From: Lama glama
Taxonomy: Eukaryota
Length of the DNA stretch: 64,000 nt
Assembly: GCA_028534125.1 (NCBI GenBank)
Contig: CM052818.1
Span: 31,746,001 to 31,810,000 of the forward strand
Direction: 5' to 3'
The position numbers were made by a program, and so were the translations under genes. The notes beneath the pieces were generated by a model, which saw only the letters and a program-made list of their open reading frames with translations, had not been told where the DNA came from and did not search any database. Of the stretch, positions 37,381 to 49,015 are shown piece after piece (the first letter of the stretch is position 1; every line of letters begins with the position of its first letter).

Positions 37381-38740
37381 GATTTTTATATACCTATTTA
37401 CCCACAGAGAACTGCAAAGTTCAGAAGAGTCCATTTACAGAATTACCTGTCTCCATTCTACAATGTGTTTAGGGACAGACAGTGCAATATGAAGTTTCAA
37501 ATCATGTGTAATTATTATTATTACTCTTTTGCCAATGCAGTCTAACAGCCTTTCATGCCTTTGTCCAATGGGCAAATGCATTGGAGAAATACACTTGGGT
37601 TGGCATCAGTTGACCACTTAATTCTCAACCGAAGATGTGCACTTGCTTCATTTAATAGCTCTCAAAATGTTGACATGCATAGGGACACAAAACAGCATTC
37701 TTTCTTGTTTTTCCCTCCTAAAACCACAAGAAATTATTTAAGGAAGTTTTAATGAAATGTGTCTGTCATTTATTAAGATGGATGGCTGGAGTACAGCTTT
37801 CCATTACTGGAAATGGCATAGTCAAATTAGGAAATAACAGTCCTCAGCATCTTCTCCAACTGGCTTTAGCATAATGTGTTGGGAAAAATGCCACCTCAGC
37901 AGAAAACTACGATTGTGTGGGCCAAGGTTCTTTCCCCAAAGGGGTTATGTTTACCAGTGAAGTTCCTCTTCCCCTTGGTGAGTGAAGTGTTTGGGCTTGA
38001 GAGTGAAGCTTTTTTGCCCGGGACACCTTGCCTTGGTGTTTGGAGGTTGGGGCCTCTATTTCACAGCACTCATTCAGCATATGCTAGATGTCGGTTGTGT
38101 GGCCAGCACTCTTTTGACCCTGTGGTTACTGGTGAAAGCAAAACTATGTCTGCTTCGTGTTGCTACTATGCATGATGGGAACACAGTAAATAATGTTCAT
38201 GCTGTCAAGGTAATAAAGCCAAGCTGCAAAGTAAAGAGTAGGAGGAGGAGGGATTTATTAGAAAGAGTAAAATCTCTTTCACAAGTCATGAAACCCAGGC
38301 TCTTATTTCAGGATAACTATTATATTTTATGTCTCCAGAGGGAGACTGTGAAGTTAGCATTTGTTGTTGTTGTTAAAAAGGATTTTTGAGATTGTTTAAA
38401 TCATCTTTTGTCTAAACAAAGGGGTCTGTTTTTCAGATGATAGTGGACTAGTCCCCTTTTGTTAAGTACATCTAGACTCAACTTTCCTTTCCCCAGGAAT
38501 GAAGTTAAATCAACACAAAATATTTGTTAATCCATATAGTCTTTCAGTGAACAGTTACAGAGCCTCTGTTATGCACCAGACACTGGGGAGGGGGCAGTGA
38601 ACGAGGTGCAGAGCATCAGCACACCATTCATTTCTACAGCACTTTATCCTTATGAACAACTTTCATGCACGTGATTTTATCCTCTTAACCATCCTGCAAA
38701 GTAGTCAGGACAAGTATAATCAAGATATTGAAGTTTATGA

Positions 38741-39086
38741 TTGTGATTAATGCTATTCTCTAAATATTTCTGTCTTTCTGCTTCATGAGCATAATCCTTT
38801 TAAGTAGCTAGAATGTTGTGACATGCTCTGGCTGGTGAAATATGAGGAGGAAGGCTCATGTCACCAATTAACAGAGGCTCTAAGGGGACCTTTCCTTTTT
38901 CACTTTTGTGGTGATCATGAATGGTCTTGTGCCCATCACCAGCTCACTGAGGAATCACAGTGAGCAAAATTCCTTTTACTCCACATTGGATGTGTAGTGG
39001 GAGTGGGAAATCAAACTTTTATCTTATTAGGCTGCTGAATTTTGCCGTGTTATAACTGCCCTCTAACCTGACCCCAACTAATAAAC
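38741..39086 (+). mobile_element. Old MaLR LTR (MLT1H/I-like)
   Basis: 'gtgacatgctctggctggtgaaatatgag' and 'aaacttttatcttattaggctgctga'. Confidence 0.55.
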
Positions 39087-39094
39087 AAGATTTA

Positions 39095-39515
39095 TTTGAT
39101 CACCTTTCCTCACTGGGAGCTTACCCTCTTGTGGAGCAACTTAGCATTTTGCAGGGAGTCCATTTCTATTGTTAGAAGTTTTAACTGTTGGGAAGTTCTT
39201 CCATCAAAACTGAAAGAAAATCTGCTTTCCCATCATTCTCCCTGACTTCTCACTCTTCCCTCTGGAATATTGAGGGGAAAAACCTATGCCTCCTTCTACA
39301 TGGCTGCTCTTTGTATAATATGACAGCTGTCATAGCTACTCTCAGAGCTCTCCTCTCCAGGAGAAATGTGACTGATACCCTCAAACTGGTTCTTTGATGA
39401 CAGGGTTCCCAGATGCCTCATTAGTCTTGTTTCTAGTCTCTAGATACACTGTAACTTACCAGTGTAGCTTTTAAAATGGGGAGATCATAATTTCAGATGT
39501 TTTATGATCACATCT
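39095..39515 (-). mobile_element. CR1/L3 LINE 3' fragment
   Basis: Reverse complement reads 'gcagattttctttcagttttgatggaagaacttcccaacagtt', as in the L3 ORF2 end. Confidence 0.7.
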
Positions 39516-39584
39516 GCTACTATGAAACTTCTATTTTTAATTCTCAGGTACTAAAGTAAAAAATTATTAAAATACTTAGTAATC

Positions 39585-40530
39585 TTTTAAGGTAAATTCA
39601 ATTATATACTTCTTGCTTAAAACCCTTCAATAGCTCCCTACTGTGTTTAGGATAAAGTGCTTACAAGAGTATGGGTGATCTGACCTTAGCCTCCTTTTTC
39701 GGTTTTACCTTTACTGTGTTAGTCTTTTGCCCTTTACCCTCTAATCTCTTCCTTCCCCTCCTCTGTATTACATTGGGGATGAAAGAATGCATTCCAGGAC
39801 TCTCTTTTCTTTTCAAGTGGATTCCACCTAGGTTTAGCACTGGCAGAGGATGAAGGGTAGGGGAGGGTATTTCTACCCCTCCAACCTCTCCACCTCAGAT
39901 GGTATCTCCAGGAGTAGGTGCATTCTCTCTGTCTCCTTTTGGCCCCAGCTCCCACCAGGCTGTAGTGTCCTCTATAGCCCTGCTCCTGCCAGGCAGTCAC
40001 CACTGTGCCGTGGCCCCTGCCAGATGGCTTCAGCCGCTGTCATGATCACTAAGCTGCTTCCTCATCCTTTTTTTTTTTTTTCTTTCTAATCTTCTCGATG
40101 CTTCCATCACAGTTGTAAAAAAAATTCCCTCTGTTAAATTTACTCTATTTGAAATACCTAGAGAGATTTCCATTTTCCTGATTTACATCATTCCAGCATT
40201 CTATTCTCACCATAGTGAACATCTTTCAGTTCTTGGAATAAGCAGTATTCTCTTGTATGTCTGAAACAGTTTTCTCTTTTCCCTCCTAAACATGACTAAC
40301 TTTTATTCATGCTTCAGTTCTCAGTGTAGGTACTTCCCCTTTGAGCTCCCTTAGCACTCCATGCTTGCTTTTATTAGTATGTTCATTTACTGTTTAGCTG
40401 ACTATTTCCCTTTGGAATTATGAGCTCCTGATAGGCAAAAGCCATGTCTACCTTACTCATCATTATTTCCAGAATCTAATATCTGGCTCATAAAAGGTTC
40501 TTAATGAATAACTAAAGAATAAATGAATTA
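39585..40530 (+). mobile_element. L2 3' part interrupted by an ERVL LTR
   Basis: 'tgcttaaaacccttcaatagctccc' and the tail 'tggctcataaaaggttcttaatgaataactaaagaataaatgaat'. Confidence 0.7.
39770..40187 (+). mobile_element. ERVL solo LTR (LTR67B/LTR33-group-like)
   Basis: End 'ttaaatttactctatttgaaatacctagagagatttccattttcctgatttaca'. Confidence 0.55.
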
Positions 40531-40604
40531 GTTGTATATGTAAAACATGTTTATAAACCCAGTGTTAATTATTTTGAAAAATGAAATGAGTGCCTTGGTA
40601 ATTG

Positions 40605-42750
40605 TCAGTAATGTCTGGAACTTTGAAGGTGATGAGGAGTGTTTTGGTGAGGGCTTGTATTGTGGCTATACTATGTACAGAGGTACATATGATGTTGATT
40701 TATATTTTGGATATCTGTGAGGCAAGAAATTTCCTGAGTTTTTTTTACTACAAAGGGGATAACCTTGGATAAGGAGTTGTTGCTGTCATCATTTGTACCA
40801 GATGACCATACCATTGGCAGTGGCCCAAACTGCTGTGCAAATGGCAAATGGGACATATTGTTGGCCAGGGCATCCTCTAGTGCTAAGGTGATCATTGGAG
40901 GTTTGATCAGTTGTGCTGACCTTGGGCCCTACCCTTGATTAGGGATGTCCTGGTTAGGGGATAGAGTAGCTCTCCAGCAGACTGTATGGTGTGGGAGTGT
41001 CTCTACCACCCATAAAGTATATAGACTCCCTTTTCTGGTCACTCATTTGATTCCAACAGGCTCTCCAGGTGGCAAGTGGGTCTGGGAGAGCGATGATCAC
41101 CTCTGGTGTTTTTATATCTAGCAAGGGATTGAGGACAGGGAGGCTGTCTCCTCTTGTAGGTAAGATATTCCAGAGGGCCCAGGTTTGGCCCTAACCTGTA
41201 AGCACTATTTCCATTTCAATAAGGAGGCCTCTGTATGCTAAATAAGCCTGTAAGGTGCTGTGTTTGTGACCCAAGGCATAATGAGCAGCTAGGTAAAAGA
41301 CTGGTCTGGTAAAGCTGAGTCAAGGCTGAGCTCAGGGCCTGTGAGAGTTTCCATCCATCCCCAGAGGAACCCAATATGTGGCCAGCGATTGCTGCTTTAA
41401 AGGTGTATAGTATGACGCTGCAGAGTTTCTTGCACTGGAAGTCCATGAGCAATTTATGGATGTCATAGGTGGTCCAAAAACTTCAGGGGGAGGTTGCTAA
41501 TGTCTTTACAGTGAAGGAATCTCCAAAGGCACTAATGGGATTGGCTGTTGCATTACAATTTGGACAGATTTTAGAGTCTGTTGTTGTAGGGAGCGCCATT
41601 CAAAGTGGGCTGATTTGTGAGTAACAACATAAGTGGGATTTAGCAAAATTTATAAGTGAGGAATATGTTTCCTCCAAATTTGAGTAGTTCCAGCAAGTGT
41701 TGGGCCTGCCTTAAATCAGTGGGTGTGGATAAGGTAAGGAGTTAGTTCCATGAACCAAAATGCTCAGAAATGTTATTAATGTGGTAGAGCCTTGAATCTT
41801 ATGGGGAAGAATGACTCAGCCCTAATTGGAGAAGTCTATGACAAATGTTTATATATCCTGTGTGACTGTATCCTTTGAATCTCCTCAAAGGAGGATGTAG
41901 TCAATGTGATGTCATACTTGTGTTCCTGGAGAAAATAGAATGCCTGCAAAGAATGATTGTGATGGCAGGGCTGTTGAAATACCCCGTGGGGAGACAAGTG
42001 AAAGTATATTGTGTTCCTTCAAAGGGGATGCCATATTTCAGTTGAAAGACTGTCAAAATGGGCAGTGCCAAGAACATATTAGCTAAATCTGTAACAGCAT
42101 AATACTTTCCAGTTGCTGATAGGGTGGAGTCAGTAGTATCAATGATATCAGATATGGGGACCTTAATTTAGAGTATCATGGCATTAAGGTTAGGGTAAAC
42201 CACTGTTAGGTATCATTTGTTTTCATCAGGTTTGAGCACTGTCCAAATTGGGTTATCAAAGAGGGAGACAGTAGAAACAATGACCCCCCCTTTCAGTAAG
42301 TCTTGCATAATGACTTTTAATTCCTGTAGATCTTGTTTCAAAATACATTGAGCTATTCATTAACTATCTTACGCAAGTGGAAGGGAGGTGTGGAGAAGGC
42401 CTATGGGATACTATTTTGTGAAACCAACTGTAAGTGTCAAAGACTTTCTTTTATTCAGACTCATCACTTAACTGAATCAGGGCTTGCCCACTGGGGTTAT
42501 TTTAGGGGAAATGAGTGCTATGACCTTGAGGAATTTATTTAAGAAAATAATGCTGATGGTTACGGTGAGGCATTGCTGTTAGCTGTATGTTTTAATGTCC
42601 CATAAGTCCTCTAAGAGCATAGATGGTACCTTGTTTAAATTTTGTGGGACCCCAAGTATAACTAACTTGAGTCCAGTATTGACTAAGGCCATGAAGATTT
42701 GCTGGTTGTAGGGAGACCAACGAACAACTAGGGAGGTATAGGGGTAAATT
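40605..42750 (-). pseudogene. pol: Decayed retroviral pro-pol
   Basis: PR: PYTSLVVRWSPYNQQIFMALVNTG (DTG changed to NTG, 42672-42680). RT: DNPIWTVLKP..YAVTDLANMF..QYTFTCLPTGYFNSPA..HIDYILL (YIDD site 41897-41908)..KIQGSTTLITFL..WRKHIPHL..HKSAHFEW. RNase H: WATANGMVIW. Many stops and frameshifts. Confidence 0.9.
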
Positions 42751-44820
42751 GTCTCCAGGTGTTGTACCTTGTACCTCTGAGAGATGCTGAGTCCCTAGCA
42801 GGTTTGTGGTGGTTGCCACTGCTTAAAATCAGGATATTCAGTAGTTGGCCCTTGGGGTATTAGGGGCATGAGAATCATGGAGGTCTGGAGGCAACTTGCT
42901 ATATATGTGCTGTGGCCTGGCACTGCGGGCCTTGTAGCTTCTGCACAGTTTGCTGTAATAAAGCTTGTAACTCTTCAGGGGTTGTGCCCAAGATGAAATG
43001 ATTTGGGAAACCCAGATTTTAGAATCTCCAATATTAGACCTTTTGATGAGGTTATTGGTTTTGGCGGGGCTGATTGCCTGGAGGTCCTTTATTAGAACCA
43101 TTGCCTCCTTTAATAATTCTTATTTCCTTGATTATCTCCTTGATAGGTAAATATTTATTTGAGTTTCCTCTTGTTCTTCATGGTAAGTAGATGTAGGCCA
43201 TCTAATGCTTTCTTAATAGTGGCAGCCTGGCTAATAAGGGGAAACAAGTCTACTTGATTCTTTGGGAGTGTCTTCTTTAAAAGAATTGTCTTGGATCAGC
43301 ATTAAAAGTTTCTTCTTGAGGCTAGTAAGTACTTCTGGTTGATTGGGATGTTCCAGAAAAAAATAATAAATCCTTTGCACCATGCCAGTTTTCCTCAATA
43401 GCTATTGTTCTTCCTTTAAGTTTTTCCAACTAGTGAAAGCATGAGCATTTACAATGGTGGCAGTTGGATGGGCTAATTTTCATTCTATGAACACCCAGTG
43501 GATTAGAGAAAAGACAGGGAGATGAGCTCTAGAATTTTATAGAGGGTGCATATTATGAACCCATTTATTATGGTCCCATTTCAGTAGATCAAATGCATTT
43601 CTCAATAAATTATTAATTTGGGGATCATAAGGTGTGCTTGCCAATTAACATATCTCAACAAATGTTAATGTTAATTCTGAACTAGTGTTATAGAGATACA
43701 AAAGCCAGTTGGTTCCCTTTTCATCTTCCCATTGAATAAATTCTTTTAGTCAGTTTTGAATTTCTAATAGAATAAATCGTAGATCTCTGTTTTAGTTTCT
43801 CTTTCCTAAACCCAAATACAAGTTTTTTTTGAGTAGTTATAAGGAACACTTTGGGGGAGGTCTTACCCTGTCCTACCTTTAAGTTTCTCCATCCATGGAA
43901 TTCCAGGTCATTAGGGTCAGGAATTTCACACACACCCTCATAACAACACCTACAAATATCACCTGTTTTGTTGCCTCAGGGGCCTCTGCTCCATGAGGTG
44001 GATATGGCCACTGAGCATGCTGATAGGTCGTGGCGCCTAGAGTCAGGTGATCACTTTTTAAATTTTCTGGTAAATTTATAGTTTCCTCCGGCCCCTCTGT
44101 GGAACTGGTATACTTTGGTATACTTTTATTATTATCTGTGCTTTGGAGCATCATGGATTTCCCCTCTCAGTTCTGAGGATCAGGATCTTTTTTGTAACAG
44201 AAGTAAAACACCAATGACAGAGAGTCACTTTCAGCCTCACAGAGTCCCCGTGAGCCAGGTGCCCTGTGGAGCTTGTACTTCAGCATGATAACATACTAGT
44301 TTTTCTTTTCTCATATGAGCAGCCACCAAAGGGACGGTTGTATGTTTGTCCATGAGTGTTCTCTAGAACAGGGGTCAACATCTGTGTGGTGCACACAAAC
44401 AACAGTCACAGGGCAGGAGTCATTCTCTGAGCCTAGAATGGGTCAGGGTAAGCTTATATTAAAAGCAAGACACACAGTTCAATCTGAAAAACACAGATCT
44501 GGGCCATGGCATACCATCCAGGGTGACTTTGGAGGGCACCAATCCCTGTTAGGGACTCCTGTTCCAACTGCCGTTGTCAAAGTTTCTGATTTAGGTCAGT
44601 TAAATCTATAACAGAGCCTCAGTAGGACTCAGCCCATGCAGTACAAAAGAGCCCAGCTCAGAGTGCAAGCTTGCCAGCAGTCCACAACACAGCTCAAAGG
44701 GCACACCGGCCAGTTGGCAGCAGCTCCAAAAGCATGCATGCCAACAGGCAGAAGAGCTGGTTAGCAATCTCAAAACAAGAGAATAAGCACCCCCAGGTGG
44801 TTGTGGTCATTGCTTAGGCC

Positions 44821-44837
44821 ATCATGCTTACAGTGCC
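44821..44837 (-). other. Primer binding site complementary to the tRNA-Ser(CGA) 3' end
   Basis: Minus strand ggcactgtaagcatgat versus GGCGCTGTGAGCAGGAT, 14/17 identical, immediately after the LTR-terminal 'aca'. Confidence 0.7.
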
Positions 44838-45242
44838 TGTTCTCCTGTAGTTGCCCACGGAGGGTGGGATCAATCCCTCACCCAAAATTTGCTTGGTTGT
44901 CAAGACTGATGATAGCACACATGCACCAAGAAAGCATGAAAAAAAAATCATTACTCATGTATTGAGGCTTTCTGGAGAGAGTAGGGCATGCACCCAAGCC
45001 AATCCGAAATGGCTTGTGTGAAACAAAGGATAGTGACTTTGGTTTTTATTGTAGTTAGGGGGCAGGGGCACAGTGAGTATTCCCATGCGTATCCAGGGCA
45101 TGTGTGGTTTGGACTTCTCTGCTGTCACCTGGGGAGAGAGTACCAGGGCTTCCTTACCAGCTTGTCAAATGTGGGGCAAGAGGGAAAGAGAGAGGGTTTG
45201 GGCCTCTCAAAAAAAAAAAATGGAGTCAGACTTTTTAATACA
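44838..45242 (-). mobile_element. 5' LTR, about 405 bp, LTR52-like
   Basis: Minus strand starts 'tgtattaaaaagtctgactccatttttt' and ends 'ggagaaca'; similar to the recalled LTR52 consensus. Confidence 0.75.
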
Positions 45243-45547
45243 CAAATACAAAATGTTTTACAAAATTCTAATTTTGATCTGAAAACTCAGATTGTATCAT
45301 TAGCAACAAGTTTTGTCAGGTGTTTTTCAAGAAGTGACAGTCTCACATTGCTTTTGACAAAGTGTCTGCTAAATACGTAAGTCTGAATAATCATAGTTTG
45401 TTAGTCATTCTTTCAAGTTAAAGTAGTGTGCCATGGGAAGAGTAGTTAACATAGCTTGCAGCTCAGTCACACAACTGCTTTTCCTCACGACAACCGTGGT
45501 ACTTGGGTATACAGCAGAAGTGCTTTATACTTACTTCCCGTTTTCTT
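45243..45547 (-). mobile_element. Charlie1 hAT transposon, internal fragment
   Basis: Minus-strand translation KALLLYTQVPRLS*GK resembles the hAT transposase motif KALLLHTEVRWLSRGK. Confidence 0.85.
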
Positions 45548-46085
45548 TTCTTTTTTAAAACATTTTTAATAGACTTCATTCTTTTAGAGCAGTTTCAGTT
45601 TCACAGCAGAATTGAACAGAAAATATAGTTCCCACATAGCCCTCCCCACCCACATATATATATACTCGCCTACCCTCAACATCCCTCACCAGTGTGGCAT
45701 ATTTTGTACAATCGATGTACCAACATGGGCACATTATTATCAACCAAAGTCCATAGTTTACATTAGGGTTTACTCTTGATTTTGTACATTCTTGAAGTTT
45801 TGACAAATGCATAATGACATGTAGCCACCACTGTAGTATCATACAGAATAATTTCATTGCCCTAAAAGTCCCTTGTGCTCCATCTATTCATTCTTCCCTT
45901 CCTCCCTCTCCCCAAACCCCTGGAAACCATGATCTTTTCTATTGTTTCTATAGCTGTGCCTCTTCCAGAATGTCATTTGGTTGGAATCATATAGTTTGTA
46001 GCCTTTTCAGACTGGCTTCTTTCATTTAATAAAATGTGTTTTTAAGTTTCTTCTATGTCTTTCATGGCTTGATAGATCATTTTTT
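45548..46085 (-). mobile_element. L1MC1-like 3' end
   Basis: 'ttttagagcagtttcagtttcacagcagaattgaacagaaa...aaccaaagtccatagtttacattaggg'. Confidence 0.8.
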
Positions 46086-46159
46086 AAACTGTATGTATAT
46101 TTTTAATTTACATATATGTACTGTTCATCGTTTCTAAGAATGTTTAGAGCTTTAGTTTT

Positions 46160-46323
46160 TTAAACTTACATAGTTATCAAAGGAATAAAGCCAACCACAA
46201 AATAAGAATTGACTCAAAAAGATAATAACACCCTGCTATTAACAGCAACATTATTTATAAATGCCAAGATATGGAAGCATCCTAAGTGCACACCAATAGT
46301 TGAATAGATAATGGAGATGGAGA

Positions 46324-46358
<35 letters not shown>

Positions 46359-46742
46359 GGAATACAACTCACCCATAAAAAGAAGGATATTTTGCCATTT
46401 GCAGCCCTTCATTCACTTTTTTTTCACTTGAAAAGCCAGAATTTTATAACTGGCAGAGACATTTCCATTACATCAAAAACAACAAAATACCTAGAAATAA
46501 ACTTAACCAAGGAGGTTACCTATACTCTGAAAACTGAAATGACACAAAGAAATGGAAAGATTTCTTGTGCTCTTGGATTGGAAGAATCAAAACTATCAAA
46601 ATGGCCACACTACCCAAAGCAATCCACAGATCCAACGCAACCCCCATCAAAATACTTGTGGCATTCCTCACAGAACTAGAACAAACAATTCCAAAATTTA
46701 TAAGGAACCACAAAAGACCCCGAACAGCCAAAGCAATCTTTT
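46160..46742 (+). mobile_element. Two plus-strand L1 ORF2 fragments, with a (TG)n at about 46328-46354
   Basis: 'tgccaagatatggaagc'; peptide [29 protein letters not shown]. Confidence 0.85.
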
Positions 46743-48628
46743 GTATGTCTCTCTCTCTTTTTTTTTTTCTTCTCTTTCTTCTTTTTGTTCTGTTTTCTTA
46801 TGTTTTGATTACTAGAGAATGTCCTTTAACATTTGTTGTAAAGCTGGTCTGGTGGTGCTGAAATCTTTTAGCTTTTGTTTATCTGTGAAGCTTTTGATTT
46901 CTCCATCAAATGTGAAGGAGATCCTTGCTGGATAGAGTATTCTTGGTTGTAAGTTTCCCCCTTGCATCACTTGAAATACATCGTGCCACTCCCTTCTGGT
47001 CTGTAGCATTCCTGCTGAAAAATCAGCTGATAACCTCATGGGAGTTCCCTTGTATGTTATTTGTTGCTTTTCTCTTGCTAATTTTAATATTTTCTCCTTA
47101 TCCTTAATTATTGTCAATTTGATGACTATATGCCTTGGTGTATTCCTCTTACGGTTGATTCTGTCTGGTACTCACTACGCTTCCAGGACTTGGGTGACTG
47201 TTTCCTTTCCCATGTTGGGGAAGTTTTCGGTTATTATCTCTCCAAAAATTTTCTCAGGTCCTTTCTCTCTTTCTTCTCTTTCTGGGACCCCTGTAATGTG
47301 AATATTAGAGCACTTCCTGTTCCTCTTCTTAAACTGTACTCATTCCTTTTTATTCTTTTTTCTTTTTTCTGTTCTGAAGTAGTGATTTCCACCAATCTAT
47401 CTTCTAGCTCACTGATCTGCTTTTCTGCCTCATTTAGTCTATTCTTGTTTCCTTCTAGTGTATTGTTCATTTCAGTGCTTTTATTCAACTCTGGGTATTC
47501 TTTATATTTTCTAACTCTTTGCTAAAAACTTCACTCTGTGCATCTATACTCCTCTTGAGTTTTCTGAACATCTTGGCCATCACTACTTTAAACTCTTTCT
47601 CAGATAAATTACCTATCTCCTCATCACTTATTTCTTCTTCTGGGATTTTATCTTGTGCCTTGGCCTGGGAGGTATTCCTTTGCCGCCTCATGTTGTCTAT
47701 CTTTCTGTGTGTTTGTGGATTCCTTCCACAGGCTTTGGAATTATTTTCTTATTTCTAGTATCTGCCACTGGTGGATGAGGCTGGACTAGAGGCTTATGCA
47801 GGTTTCCTGGCAGGAGGAGCCAGTGCCTGCCCACTGCTGGGTGAAGCTTGGTCCTGGACCTCTGGTGGGTAGGCCTGTGTCTAGAGGCCTTTGTGGCTTA
47901 GGAAGTCTGAGGATAGATGGGGCTGTGTTCCTACCCTGTATGTTGTTTGGCCTGAGGCTTCCCTACAGGCTGTTGGGTGGGGCTAGGCCTTGGTGCTAAT
48001 GATCCAATAAAGGTGTCAGCCTCCAGGAAAGCTCATGTAGATTAATACTCCCAGAATGTCCACTGCCAGCGTTTATGTCCCTTGAGTGAGTCGCAGCCGT
48101 CCCCCACGTCCCCAGAAGACCCTCCCAATCCAGCAGACAGGTCTGACCCAGGTTCCTATGAAATCACTGCCTCTGCCCTTGGACCTGGTGCATGTGAATG
48201 TTTGTGTATGCTTCTCAAGCGAATGGAGTCTCTGTTTCCCCCAATCCTGAGGGGCTCCCGGAGCCAAGCCCCCCTGGCCTTTAAAACCAGGTGTCCTGGG
48301 ATCTTCTTTTCCCAGTGCCGGGACCTGAGCTGGGGAGCCTGACGTGGGGCTTAGAGCTCTTACTCCTGTGGGAGGGCCTCTATGACTTAACAAATCTTCA
48401 GCTTGCAGGTCACCCACCCAGGGGGTTTGGGGCCCAATTATATTGCAAATATGCCCCTCCTACCATCTTGCTGTGGTTCCTTCTTTATGTTTCCAGTTGC
48501 AGAAGATCTTTTTTGCTAGATTCCAGTCTTTTTTCAATGGTTGTTTAGCATTCAGTTGTGGTTTCATTGTAGTTGCAAGGAGAGGCAAGCTTGTGCTCCT
48601 ACCACTCCGCCATCTTGACCGGAACTCC
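46743..48628 (-). mobile_element. L1 5' portion: 5' terminus, 5'UTR and ORF1
   Basis: Minus strand begins 'gagttccggtcaagatggcggagtggtagg' (L1 5' start with YY1-type AAGATGGCG); GC-rich 5'UTR. Confidence 0.9.
46812..47691 (-). pseudogene. Frameshifted L1 ORF1p
   Basis: Three ORF pieces: MRRQRNTSQ..EKEFKVVM; NRLNEAEKQISELEDRLVEI; KEKILKLAREKQQITYKGTPMRLSADFS..LQPRILYPARISF. Confidence 0.92.
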
Positions 48629-48641
48629 TAGGCTTTATTTT

Positions 48642-49015
48642 TTCCCATTTTCTTACACAAGCTGTTGAAGAGATATTTCTCAGACATCAAGATTTAATGA
48701 AATTAATCCTGTTTATTGTTTCGTCAAGGAAATTTGTAGAGAAACTGGCATTTTCTCTAGCCATGAATGCATGGCTGTGAAGAACATGATGGCTACTGGT
48801 TCAGTTTGGTGGCAGTGGCCTTGGTTCATGCTAAGGTGCCAGCAGTTTTCCCTAATATTGCCTGTGCACTATCAGTGAAAATGTTAATTCAGTGAAAGAG
48901 CAAATAATGTCTTAGTATTATTATGAAAATAGTTTTGACCTGCTCCCCTGAATGTATCTCAGGTATCACCCTGCCCCCTTTCTGATGTTTTTATTTCACA
49001 ACTTGAAAACTGCTG
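48642..49015 (-). mobile_element. Charlie1 hAT transposon, terminal fragment
   Basis: Continues the Charlie1 consensus from 45547; 'gtcttagtattattatgaaaatagttttgacc' and TIR-like end 'ttgaaaactgctg'. Confidence 0.85.

Larger units (their letters stand above)
40605..45242 (-). mobile_element. Class III (ERV-L/ERV-S-like) endogenous retrovirus, 3'-truncated: 5'LTR, PBS, putative gag region, PR, RT, RNase H
   Basis: Manual minus-strand translation gives PR, RT and RNase H motifs; TG...CA LTR directly followed by a PBS. Confidence 0.9.

Noticed and set aside
37876..38389. 99-aa and 135-aa overlapping ORFs
   Set aside because: Both begin at GTG rather than ATG and show no recognisable homology; the region is better treated as non-coding
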